Source: Candidatus Hydrogenedentota bacterium (GTDB lineage Bacteria; Hydrogenedentota; Hydrogenedentia; Hydrogenedentales; SLHB01). From it: 64,000 nt of DNA. Made by a program: the position numbers and the translations under genes. The notes below the pieces were generated by a model. That model searched no databases. It worked only from the letters and a program-made list of their open reading frames with translations, and was not told the DNA's origin. Where the stretch lies: contig CAXXTH010000011.1 in assembly GCA_963668025.2 (NCBI GenBank), positions 96,001 to 160,000 of the forward strand, read 5' to 3'. Of this stretch, positions 48,907 to 58,341 are shown piece after piece; position 1 is the first letter of the stretch; the number at the start of each line of letters is the position of its first letter.

Positions 48907-49545
48907 TCAATCATTCCGTTCGGCGGCCTTGCGCTTATACCGCTTCATGCGAAACACATCTTCCCGCTGGCGTTCCTCGATGACGCGGGAGATGGCCCGC
49001 ACATCTTCTCGAAGGCGCGGCAGGAGCTGTTCTTCGAGTGCATTAATACGGCGGCTTACTTTCTTAATCTCCTCGCCCAGCAAGCGCAGATTGGCTTCCG
49101 CCGGGGCGCATTCGATCAATTGTTCGAGCATGGATTCCGCGCTGCTCATGGATTCAAGAAGATGGGCGGAGGTGTTGAGTTCGCCCAGATTGCGTTCGCT
49201 GGGTTCGCGCAGCACGCCCTCTTGTTCCGCATCCACCATGCGCAGGCCCCACACCTTTTCCGTCGTAAGCAATACGCGCAATTCACGCTTGCCCGCCAAA
49301 GACGCCGAACGGACCGCAGGCGTGCTTTCCACCGCGCGCGCGAAGGTTAGGGCCGTTGAAGCGGTTCGCCCGCGCCGTTCCAACTCACGCCTTAGGGTGA
49401 GCAGTTCCCGTGCGCGCGCGAGCAATTCCTTGAGCAGCGCTTCCCGCTTGCCTTGCAATAATTGCGCGCCATCGGCGGCCAGCTTGATTTGCGAGCGCCG
49501 CGCGATCAAGTTCATGCGGGTGGGCGATGTGGTTTCCAGGCTCAT
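48907..49545 (-). CDS. atpD: V/A-type ATPase subunit D
   Basis: PTRMNL, G..LL..KREAL, RRINALE...LP, RMKR. Confidence 0.93.
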   Translation of the reverse strand: MSLETTSPTRMNLIARRSQIKLAADGAQLLQGKREALLKELLARARELLTLRRELERRGRTASTALTFARAVESTPAVRSASLAGKRELRVLLTTEKVWGLRMVDAEQEGVLREPSERNLGELNTSAHLLESMSSAESMLEQLIECAPAEANLRLLGEEIKKVSRRINALEEQLLPRLREDVRAISRVIEERQREDVFRMKRYKRKAAERND

Positions 49546-49808
49546 GCGCTTCTCCAGATTTCGTGGTGGTACAAGATCTTTTGCTCCACGGATGACACGG
49601 ATTTATAAAGATATAGTTTTGTCATTAACGCTCCATTCGCCTTTTAATACCATCTGTTGTATAAAACCCAATAATCTACCTCGGTGTCATCACAGCTTTC
49701 GCGTTGATGACAGATAGGTGGTTTTACGTTATTTCTACAGTACATACGCATGATACATTCTTCCAGGAGCAGTAATAGCAGAATTGCGCCTTTTATAAAC
49801 GTATCACC

Positions 49809-49836
49809 TTGAATGGTGGGGCAAGCCCCACCCTAC
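49809..49836. repeat. REP-like palindrome, family B
   Basis: TTGAATGGTGGGGCAAGCCCCACCCTAC, the same core as in the composite elements. Confidence 0.8.
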
Positions 49837-49841
49837 AAATT

Positions 49842-51260
49842 TCATATGAACGGAGAAGGAACGCCGTCCTCCATGATCTCCGAGTAATACCGGTTGATCA
49901 AGTCTTTATTGATGCGCGTCAATTCCTCTTTTGGAATGATGGACAATAACTTCCAGCCCAAATCAAGGGTATCCTCGATGGAGCGCCTGGAGGAGCCTTG
50001 GCCTATCATTTGCCTCTCGAAGCCTTCCGCGAACCGGAGGTATTTGCGGTCCAGTTCACTGAGGGCATCTTCACCCACGATGGACATAAGCTTGCGAATA
50101 TCGCGGCCTTGGGCGTAGGCGGCATATAATTGGTTGGCCAAAGCGCGATGGTCTTCACGCGTGAGGCCTTTGCCAATACCGTTGTTCATGAGGCGCGACA
50201 AGCTGGGCAAAATGTCCACGGGCGGGAAGACCCCTTGCCGGTGCAATGCGCGGCTGAGCACGATCTGGCCTTCGGTGATATAGCCCGTCAAATCTGGTAT
50301 CGGGTGCGTGATGTCGTCGTCGGGCATGCTGAGCATGGGGATTTGTGTGACTGAGCCTTTCCGGCCCCGGATGCGGCCCGCGCGTTCATATAACGAAGAA
50401 AGGTCGGTATACATATAGCCGGGATAGCCCCGGCGTCCGGGAATTTCCTCGCGGGCGCTTGATATCTGGCGCAAGGCGTCGCAGTAATTCGTCATATCCG
50501 TGAGCACCACGAGCACCTGGAAATCCAGCTCGAAGGCGAGATATTCGGCCACGGTAAGGGCGCAGCGCGGGGTGAACAGGCACTCGATGACGGGATCGTC
50601 CGCCTTGTTGATGAAGGCGATGACGCGCCCGCCGCCGCCGTTTTCCTCGAAGGAGCGCAGAAAGTATCCCGCCTCACGTTCCGTGATGCCCATCGCGCCG
50701 AACACGACCACGAACTCCTCCGCGTCGCTCTTGGTCGAGGCCTGTTGAACGATGAGGCTCGCGAGTTCATTGGCGGGCAGGCCTGCGCCGAAAAAGATCG
50801 GCAGTTTCTGCCCGCGCACCAAGGTGTTGAAGCCGTCGATGGACGAGACGCCGGTCTCGATGAAATCCTGGGGCTTGTTGCGGGAGACCGGATTGATGGC
50901 CATGCCGATAATATCGAGTTCTTTCTCGGGAAAAGGTGCGGGGAGGCCGTCAATCGGCTGGCCAGCGCCGTTGAACCGGCGGCCAATCAGTTCCTTGGAA
51001 ACCGGGATGCGCGCCGCATCATTTTTAAGGGAGACAGAGGTGCGCTTGGTGTCAAGGCCATGGGTGCCTTGGAGGATCTGCACGATGGCGTGTTTGGTGC
51101 TCACCTCGAGCACCTGGCCCTGGCGTATTTCGCCATCTTCGAGGCGCAGATCGAGAATGCTGCCGGGAGCAAACCGCCCGCCATTTCCTAGGAAGATTAG
51201 CGGGCCGGATATATAGGTTACATCCCTAAATTCCGTCCGGACCAATTCGCCTGGTTTCAT
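49842..51260 (-). CDS. atpB: V/A-type ATPase subunit B
   Basis: NTLVRGQKLPIF, DMTNYC, IPGRRGYPGYMYTDL, PDLTGYITEGQI; ATGA overlap with atpA. Confidence 0.96.
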   Translation of the reverse strand: MKPGELVRTEFRDVTYISGPLIFLGNGGRFAPGSILDLRLEDGEIRQGQVLEVSTKHAIVQILQGTHGLDTKRTSVSLKNDAARIPVSKELIGRRFNGAGQPIDGLPAPFPEKELDIIGMAINPVSRNKPQDFIETGVSSIDGFNTLVRGQKLPIFFGAGLPANELASLIVQQASTKSDAEEFVVVFGAMGITEREAGYFLRSFEENGGGGRVIAFINKADDPVIECLFTPRCALTVAEYLAFELDFQVLVVLTDMTNYCDALRQISSAREEIPGRRGYPGYMYTDLSSLYERAGRIRGRKGSVTQIPMLSMPDDDITHPIPDLTGYITEGQIVLSRALHRQGVFPPVDILPSLSRLMNNGIGKGLTREDHRALANQLYAAYAQGRDIRKLMSIVGEDALSELDRKYLRFAEGFERQMIGQGSSRRSIEDTLDLGWKLLSIIPKEELTRINKDLINRYYSEIMEDGVPSPFI

Positions 51261-53035
51261 GCCGCACCTTCTTTCCCGCTCACGGCCAAAGCGGCCAGCG
51301 CTTCCTTTGTCGAGGTGATAACGGCTTGGCATTTTTCCATGAAATTCTCCGAAGGCTCGTCACGCAAGCGCGCCAAATCCTCACGCACCGGCAGCGCCAG
51401 CAGCTCATTTAGTGTTACTTCTTGCTTGAGAAGGGCTTGGCAGTCTTCGTGAAAGGCAAGCAGCGCGGCCAAAAGGCCTGCCGTCTTATCGATGGAGCTA
51501 AAGGCGTCGGCCTCCGAGTAGGCGTTTTGCTGGAGAAACACCTCGCGAATCAACTTGGCGGTCTCGAGGATCAAGCGCTCCGCGTCTTGCATGGCGTCGG
51601 GGCCTACCAGTTGCACTACTTCCTGGAGTTCCGCGTCTTTCTGCAAGAGCGCCGATGCGCGCTGCCGGTTCTCGCACCAGCCCGCAGGCGCGTTCACATC
51701 GAACCATTCGCGCAATTCTGGCCAGTAGAGCGAATAGCTCTTGTTCCAGTTCACGGCGGGGTAATGCCTGCGGTAGGCGAGGGCGGGATCAAGCGCCCAG
51801 AATCCGCCCGCCACGCGAAGGGAGGCTTGAGTCACCGGTTCGGAGAAATCGCCACCTGCTGGCGATACGGCTCCGACGATGGTCAGCGAGCCTACACGGG
51901 TGTCATCGCTTCCCGCACAGGCCACACGGCCCGCGCGCTCGTAATATTGGGAGATGCGCCCGGCTAGATAGGTGGGATAACCTTCCTCGCCAGGCATTTC
52001 TTCGAGGCGCGACGAAATCTCGCGCAAGGCCTCGGCCCAGCGCGACGTGCTATCGGCCATCAACGCGACACTGTATCCCTGGTCCCGGTAATATTCGGCC
52101 AGGGTGATGCCGGTATATACCGAGGCGTCACGCGCGGCGACGGGCATGTTCGAGGTATTCACCACGAGAATGGTGCGGCTCATGAGGGATTGGCCCGTGC
52201 GCGGATCCGTGAGTTCGGGGAATTCGGAGAGCACGTCCGCCATTTCGTTGCCACGCTCGCCGCAGCCGACATAGACGATGACATCGGCGTTGCAGTATTT
52301 CGAGAGCGTTTGCTCGACGACGGTTTTTCCTGTGCCAAAGCTGCCGGGCACGATGGCCGCGCCTCCCAAGGCAATGGGAAACAGGCAATCGAGCACGCGC
52401 TGGCCAGTCAGGAATGGCTGGGTGCAAGGCAGTTTGCGGCCGCATGGGCGCGGGCGCTTGACGGGCCAGCGATGGGCCATCTTGAGTTTCGCGCCGTCTT
52501 CAAACGTGGCGATGGCGTCCTCGATGGTATATTCGCCTGGCGGGACAATCGTGGCGACTCGCCCATGCATGCGCGGGGGAACAAGGATGCGATGCTCGAT
52601 AGCGGGCGTTTCCTGGACCGCGCCCAGGATATCGCCACCCAACAGCTCCTGTCCCACGGCGGCGGACGGAGTAAATGTCCAGCGCTTCGTGCGGTCCAGG
52701 GCCTCGGCGGTATGGCCGCGCCCGATGAAATCGCCGGACTGGTCCCGCAGCCCCGCCAGCGAGCGCAGAATGCCATCGTAGGTGTTGCCCATGAGGCCGG
52801 GGCCTAATTCCACCGACAACGGGGAGCCGGTGGCGCGCACGGGTTCGCCGAGTTTGATGCCTTGGGTTTCCTCGAAGACTTGCGCATAAATGGAATCACG
52901 ATCCACGCGGATGACTTCTCCGAGGAGGCCCGCTTCGCCCACGTAGACGATCTCGCCCATGGTGGCCCCAGGCATGCCTTCCGCTACGATCATGGGCCCC
53001 GCGATGCGGGTTAGTTTTCCGACAGGCAGTTCCAC
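51257..53035 (-). CDS. atpA: V/A-type ATPase subunit A (catalytic)
   Basis: PGSFGTGKT, GCGERGNEM, NTSNMPVAAR, DSTSRWAEALRE, PGEEGYP. Confidence 0.97.
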   Translation of the reverse strand: MELPVGKLTRIAGPMIVAEGMPGATMGEIVYVGEAGLLGEVIRVDRDSIYAQVFEETQGIKLGEPVRATGSPLSVELGPGLMGNTYDGILRSLAGLRDQSGDFIGRGHTAEALDRTKRWTFTPSAAVGQELLGGDILGAVQETPAIEHRILVPPRMHGRVATIVPPGEYTIEDAIATFEDGAKLKMAHRWPVKRPRPCGRKLPCTQPFLTGQRVLDCLFPIALGGAAIVPGSFGTGKTVVEQTLSKYCNADVIVYVGCGERGNEMADVLSEFPELTDPRTGQSLMSRTILVVNTSNMPVAARDASVYTGITLAEYYRDQGYSVALMADSTSRWAEALREISSRLEEMPGEEGYPTYLAGRISQYYERAGRVACAGSDDTRVGSLTIVGAVSPAGGDFSEPVTQASLRVAGGFWALDPALAYRRHYPAVNWNKSYSLYWPELREWFDVNAPAGWCENRQRASALLQKDAELQEVVQLVGPDAMQDAERLILETAKLIREVFLQQNAYSEADAFSSIDKTAGLLAALLAFHEDCQALLKQEVTLNELLALPVREDLARLRDEPSENFMEKCQAVITSTKEALAALAVSGKEGAA

Positions 53036-53160
53036 GATACTACCGCTCCAATCTCTGTATATTAAGTTTAAATCTTATACAATAGGTGCGCCATTCTCCG
53101 AACGCTTACGTTCATTGCCTTCGCTGTCATGACGCCTGCTTGAACAAAATCCACACGCCC

Positions 53161-53246
53161 AAAGCGGCAGCAAGCTGCCGCACTCCATACTGTTGCCGAG
53201 GAAAAAGTTATAGCACATGTGGAGTGCGGTAGCTTGCTACCGCTTT
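53161..53246. repeat. REP doublet (REPIN-like), family C
   Basis: AAAGCGGCAGCAAGCTGCCGCACTCCA ... TGGAGTGCGGTAGCTTGCTACCGCTTT inverted pair. Confidence 0.85.
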
Positions 53247-53346
53247 CTTGTTCTCTAGCGTGTATTTCACAATCACTTCCTTACTTTGACCCGCCAACTC
53301 CATTTTTGAAAATCCCCTTGCACGGGGAAGACCATATAGCGGATAG

Positions 53347-53712
53347 TTAGTCCAGCCGGATCTCGTAACCAATCGCGGGCCGGATAACTTCCGCGATATA
53401 GCTGTCCATGTCCTGCGTTTCGGAATCGAAGCTGGGGCAATACAGCAAAATAGGCAAGCCTTTGCGCCGAGCGAGGCGTTCCTTAAAGCGTTCTGAAAAC
53501 CGCTCCTGGTAGTCTTCCTGCACGATAATGATGCCCACCTTCCGTTCGCATAGGGCCTCGATGCACGCTTCGGCGTCGCGCATGTCCTTGGGCTGGTCCA
53601 CATGAATGCCTGTTTGGCCTAGCAACAGGGCAAGCGGTTCATCCGCCACCGCGGTAACCACTACGCCAGCCTCTGATTTTTGGATATGTCCGTTTGCCAT
53701 GGTGTATTCCAT
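53347..53712 (-). CDS. atpF: V/A-type ATPase subunit F
   Basis: Small subunit between C and A, GIIIV, IRPAIGYEI C-terminus. Confidence 0.85.
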   Translation of the reverse strand: MEYTMANGHIQKSEAGVVVTAVADEPLALLLGQTGIHVDQPKDMRDAEACIEALCERKVGIIIVQEDYQERFSERFKERLARRKGLPILLYCPSFDSETQDMDSYIAEVIRPAIGYEIRLD

Positions 53713-53734
53713 TTATAGGCCTGTCATGCAACGC

Positions 53735-54817
53735 TTAATGCCTAGCGCCCACCGTCTGTTCATATACCAATTCTTCCCGTAGCCGGCCCCGAGGGAGATG
53801 CTGGGCTTGGCCGTGCGTGAGAAGGCGTAAATTGATCACTTCGTTATATTTCGCCCAGGCATAGTATAAAAACGAGGCGAAACTCACCGGTTGCACGGAA
53901 GCCAAACGATGGAAACGCCGAAGAATGAGGAGATCTAGCAGGCGTTCGATGGGTGCAAAACGTCTCGCGGATAGGAATTCGTACAGGCGTTCCACAATAT
54001 CCCGGTACATAGTCGGCCCCAAGACTTCCACGGCATCGGCCACGGAGGGGGCTTCGGCAAACCGCCGCAACAGCAATTTGGACAGTGAGCCGCCAGGGAG
54101 CAAGCGTGATACGCGCGCTTCCGGTTCCAGAGCGCTTTGGCTCAACCGGAACAGCATCCGGAGATTAATACGGTCGATTTCCATCTGGAGCGCCGTGCGC
54201 AGGCATTGGGCCGCCTCATGAGCGTCTTGGCGCAAATCCAGTACGCCGGAAACATAGTATGCGCGATCCAGGGCTTCTTGCAGCATGCCCAAATTGTTAT
54301 CTTGCTTGTAGGCGTTCAACTGTTTCAGCAAGCAGCCACAAAGCTCGGGATTCCACAGCGCAAGCGCTTGAGTGAGCGATTCCATGCTGTCCCGGCTGGA
54401 AAGCTCCCGCAACAGCGGTACGGCTAAGGTGGGGCCAGGCATCAGCATTGCTTGCGCATCCTCGTCGCTCATGCCTAGATGGCGGCAGCGCAACAGCGAC
54501 TTGACCGCGATTAGATCCCATTGCAGCAGGTAAAATTCCACATATGGTTTCAACTCGCCATTTGCCATGGCCCTTAATTTCTGGAACGTAGCCGAAAAAT
54601 GCCTGGTGACAGCGTCCTCGACGGCTTTTGCGCCCTGAAACCGGGCCAGGGCTTCGGACATGGCCTCGGCGTAGGGTGAATGCAGCAATACTTCAATCAC
54701 CACCTGCACATCGTTGGCATCGAGAAGCTCCTCCATGCTTGCGGGCGATATAAGCTGGCTTTTCATCGCCCGGATGCGCGCCGCATAATAGATTATATCC
54801 GCGCTCCATGCCTTCAT
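53735..54817 (-). CDS. atpC: V/A-type ATPase subunit C (AC39/d-like)
   Basis: YAARIRAMKSQL, WDL..VKSLLR, EIDRINL, KYNEVINLR. Confidence 0.9.
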   Translation of the reverse strand: MKAWSADIIYYAARIRAMKSQLISPASMEELLDANDVQVVIEVLLHSPYAEAMSEALARFQGAKAVEDAVTRHFSATFQKLRAMANGELKPYVEFYLLQWDLIAVKSLLRCRHLGMSDEDAQAMLMPGPTLAVPLLRELSSRDSMESLTQALALWNPELCGCLLKQLNAYKQDNNLGMLQEALDRAYYVSGVLDLRQDAHEAAQCLRTALQMEIDRINLRMLFRLSQSALEPEARVSRLLPGGSLSKLLLRRFAEAPSVADAVEVLGPTMYRDIVERLYEFLSARRFAPIERLLDLLILRRFHRLASVQPVSFASFLYYAWAKYNEVINLRLLTHGQAQHLPRGRLREELVYEQTVGARH

Positions 54818-54820
54818 GCG

Positions 54821-55474
54821 TCACGCCTCCTGGCCGAATAAGGCAAGGACGCATCGTTTGCGGAGTTCCGGTTCGAGCATAGCGAACCTCTCCCCAAGCG
54901 TATTCGTTACGCGAACCGCGCAAGCATGATCTTGAACCGCCACGCCATCAAGCAACCGAGGCTCCGCCTGCACTTCTGCTGGACGGCCATGAAGCGCCCG
55001 CGCGCCATGTATGCGCACCCATTCGCGGCAAACATCAGAGAATTGCGGTGGTATGAGAATGATTACATTACAGCCGGGAGATGCGTCTCTGTCGAATGCT
55101 TCCAGGGCTTCTTGCAGCAGCGCGAGTAAAATGGATTCAAAGTCAGACTCTTCAGCGAGCGCTTCGAGCCGCCGCTTTAGGGCAGACAGCACTTCATCAA
55201 CGGCCTTATATTGCTCGGCGGTTCGTAAACGCTCTGCTTCCACATACGCTTGTTCACGCGCGGCTTGCGTCAATGCTTCCCGTTCTTTATGTAACGCCTC
55301 CATGCTCTCGACGCGGCGCGCTTCGGCCATATCGAGGGCAGCCTTCCGGATTTCCTCCGCTTGGACGCATGCGGCGGCCAGAATCTCATCCGCCCTCATT
55401 TTCACCTGCTGTGTGAGCGTATCGAAAAGAGGAGGACGCGCGGCATGTGTATCGATATCTGGCGGATGGCCCAT
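54821..55474 (-). CDS. atpE: V/A-type ATPase subunit E
   Basis: Coiled-coil N-terminus, DGV..VTNTLGERF..LFG C-terminus; operon position. Confidence 0.82.
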   Translation of the reverse strand: MGHPPDIDTHAARPPLFDTLTQQVKMRADEILAAACVQAEEIRKAALDMAEARRVESMEALHKEREALTQAAREQAYVEAERLRTAEQYKAVDEVLSALKRRLEALAEESDFESILLALLQEALEAFDRDASPGCNVIILIPPQFSDVCREWVRIHGARALHGRPAEVQAEPRLLDGVAVQDHACAVRVTNTLGERFAMLEPELRKRCVLALFGQEA

Positions 55475-55487
55475 GGATGCTTAATGC

Positions 55488-55856
55488 CTATGCGAGTTGG
55501 AGAATCAAGATAGCAATCACAAAACCTAGGACCACAATGGTCTCAGGAATAGCGTACAAGATTAATATGCTGGCAAAGAGCTCTGGTTTTTCCGCCAAGG
55601 CGCCAGTTCCCCCCGCGCCTACCGCTGCTTGGACACGAGCCGTGCCAAGCCCCGCCAGGCCAATCGCCAGCGCCGCGGCAATCGTCACCCCAAGAATGCG
55701 AATGCCCGTGCCGACACTGTCATTGCCGGTGATAGGGGGATGGGCAGCCACGCTTTCTTCTTCTTGCGCGGATACCGTATTGGGAATCAACACACAGGTT
55801 AGCGCTAATAGTAGGATGAACACCGGGGAGAAGTGGGTGCAAACGCGAACGGTCAT
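55488..55856 (-). CDS. atpK: V/A-type ATPase proteolipid subunit K/L (single hairpin with signal-like leader)
   Basis: GLAGLGTARVQAAVGAGG..AEKPE..AIPETIVVLGF. Confidence 0.92.
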   Translation of the reverse strand: MTVRVCTHFSPVFILLLALTCVLIPNTVSAQEEESVAAHPPITGNDSVGTGIRILGVTIAAALAIGLAGLGTARVQAAVGAGGTGALAEKPELFASILILYAIPETIVVLGFVIAILILQLA

Positions 55857-57781
55857 TTTAGAGCCTCCTTTTTAAATGGTTGGTACGCTATACCGGCCGG
55901 TGTATAGAACTTTGTCATGGATTCCACATAATTCAAACGAAGCGAATGCAAGGCCGGGCTGAATATGCCGATACACACATTAAGCAGGTGGATGGTTACG
56001 GCAACCGGTATCCCCACCCACAGGCTGTCCTGGCCCAAGCCTAATTCATTGGCGACTTCCGCTAACGCGACCGAAGCAAGCCCTAAGGCCATGAGACGGC
56101 TGTATGACAAGATATTTGTCACCAGTGAAACGACTTCCATCATTTGCACGGAGGCCATTACGCCAAGGGCTTTAAATAACAAGAACACACATACAACGCC
56201 TAATGCCGCCGCTAACAGAATCGCGGGCAGTGTGTTGAATGGCCAGCGGCCCGCCATCGCTCCGGCGGCGAGGCCAACGGCCACTAGCCCGCATAACAGG
56301 CCTGTTTTCTCCATGGCGTGAAGCGTATCGTGATGGCGCAGGCTCTCGCGGATGCCGAAGAGCTGGCTCAACACCACATGCACTCCACCAACCCCTACAG
56401 CGATGAATAGGAGACGGATAGGTTCATGCCCTCGGTGAAACCAGAGCGGCTTCATGCCAAATAGCTGATGGCCCAGATCACCCAAGAATTCGCCAAAAAG
56501 CACGCCGAAGATGGTCGCGGAAACACCCGCATAAATGCCTATCATTCCAGCGGAGCGGAGCGCGGGACGCCACCGGCCATACCGCCAGCGCAGGAGGCCA
56601 AAAAGCCCCACAATAATCAGCCCATAAGCGGCATCGCCCAGTATGAATCCATAGAAAAGCACAAAAAACACGCCCACTAGCACGCTCGGGTCGAAAGCGC
56701 CGTAAGCAGGCGGGCGGAAAATGGACAACAGCAATTCAAACGGCTTGAAGATAGGGTGGTTGCGCAACAGAATTGGAATGCGCTCCCGGTCGTCATGGAC
56801 CACGTTTAAGCGTCCGGCATGCACCTGGGCGGGAAAACGGGCGTCGAGCTGCTTCTTGAGTGCTTGTGTTGCGTCACGAGGGAGCCAGCCATGTATCACG
56901 CCCATCAGTTCGCTTTGGGCGCAGAAATGAACCGCCCGGATTTGGGCGGCTTCATCGGCAACCACGAGGCTAGCCGCCGCGATCAGCGCGCCATGCTCCG
57001 CCAGGAATGCCTGAAGCTCTTCCTCACACGCCGCTAAGCTCTCTTTCTGGTTGGTTATATCCTTGCGGGTGCGTTCGATAATCTCATGCAGCGTTCCCCC
57101 GGCGCTTCCGTGAGATTGCATATCCACGGAGACGATATGGTGTGAATGGAGAATTTCCTCAATGATTTCATTGTAATTTTCAGGATACAAGATTACGCCA
57201 ACGGCGCTATGCCGTCCTGTCTTGCGATGGGCAAGCGTGCATGCAGCGCCTGCTTTTTCGCGGAGATGATCCGCCAAATCTTGCAACGTAATCGATAGGC
57301 TACCTTGCAGCACAAACGCTCGCGCTGTCCGGCCTAAAATGGCGTCGTGTCCGCCGAGGAGGGGCTCGACAGCGCGCAAGGTGCGTACATATCCTTCTAA
57401 TACTTCGAGGTTGTCGCGCACGTTGGCCTTGCGCCGGACAATAGAACGTAAATCGCGGGAGCACCGCCGGATTTCTTTGCGCCAATGCGGAAGATCGGCC
57501 ATGCTGAGCTGCGCTACGGTCTCTTGAACCGCCTCTTCGCTGGGACTCGAGGGCATAAGAGGCATCATTTCACCCAGCATCTGCTCGAGCTGTTCGAGCA
57601 TTTCCAGCCGGGCCTGGGTAGCATCATCTAGATGGACGCGATGAAGGAACTGCGGCGTTTGCTCGACAGCCAGCGGCACTTCCTCGAGGTGCAGCACGCC
57701 TTCCACCTGAAGCACGGCGAGCACTTCCGGCAGAATCGCGCGCACGCAGATAATTTCGATATTATCCATATCCGCGATCAT
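55853..57781 (-). CDS. atpI: V/A-type ATPase subunit I (a)
   Basis: FYGFILGDAAYG, FGEFLG, NILSYSRLMALGL, HSLRLNYVE, YQPF. Confidence 0.95.
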   Translation of the reverse strand: MIADMDNIEIICVRAILPEVLAVLQVEGVLHLEEVPLAVEQTPQFLHRVHLDDATQARLEMLEQLEQMLGEMMPLMPSSPSEEAVQETVAQLSMADLPHWRKEIRRCSRDLRSIVRRKANVRDNLEVLEGYVRTLRAVEPLLGGHDAILGRTARAFVLQGSLSITLQDLADHLREKAGAACTLAHRKTGRHSAVGVILYPENYNEIIEEILHSHHIVSVDMQSHGSAGGTLHEIIERTRKDITNQKESLAACEEELQAFLAEHGALIAAASLVVADEAAQIRAVHFCAQSELMGVIHGWLPRDATQALKKQLDARFPAQVHAGRLNVVHDDRERIPILLRNHPIFKPFELLLSIFRPPAYGAFDPSVLVGVFFVLFYGFILGDAAYGLIIVGLFGLLRWRYGRWRPALRSAGMIGIYAGVSATIFGVLFGEFLGDLGHQLFGMKPLWFHRGHEPIRLLFIAVGVGGVHVVLSQLFGIRESLRHHDTLHAMEKTGLLCGLVAVGLAAGAMAGRWPFNTLPAILLAAALGVVCVFLLFKALGVMASVQMMEVVSLVTNILSYSRLMALGLASVALAEVANELGLGQDSLWVGIPVAVTIHLLNVCIGIFSPALHSLRLNYVESMTKFYTPAGIAYQPFKKEALK

Positions 57782-58134
57782 GAACGGCCGCCTTGCACAT
57801 GGCCAGAGGGCAATACTACAACCGACAATTCCTCGACAAGACTGCTTATGTTGCGGCGCACGATGTCTTGAATATCGGCGAATCCGCCATTGACTTCATC
57901 CAGGATAGCGCGCCGGGCCGCCGCACAGGTTTCGTCTGTTTTCTGGCGCTGTTCGGATCTTTTACGCGCTATTTCTTCTTCTGTCCGGGAAAGAATCTCT
58001 TGCGCTTCAATGCGGGATTGCTGGACAAGAAGGCCTGCGGCTATTTGAGCGCGCTGGACAGCTTCGAGCAATTCTTGTTCATGCCGGGCCAGTGCCCCCA
58101 GGATGGAGATATCGGTTACTTCTAGTGTTTCCAC
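57778..58134 (-). CDS. V/A-type ATPase subunit G/H (peripheral stalk)
   Basis: 118-aa coiled-coil, first gene of the operon, ends VVLP, ATGA overlap with atpI. Confidence 0.7.
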   Translation of the reverse strand: METLEVTDISILGALARHEQELLEAVQRAQIAAGLLVQQSRIEAQEILSRTEEEIARKRSEQRQKTDETCAAARRAILDEVNGGFADIQDIVRRNISSLVEELSVVVLPSGHVQGGRS

Positions 58135-58341
58135 TTCGATTATTCTTACCCCTGCCTGGCCTGGAAGAATCCCTTGTCATTCAACCATGATATGAATGAA
58201 CTGGCGGATAGCATCCCGCTACATGCATCCTGCCATAGGCATTCTGGTTATTCAAGCCATGCACTGTTTCTCATGGACGCCAAAGATAACGCCGAATCAA
58301 CGAGATTCATTTCCCGAATGTGGCCAGCATGCACCGTGCGC

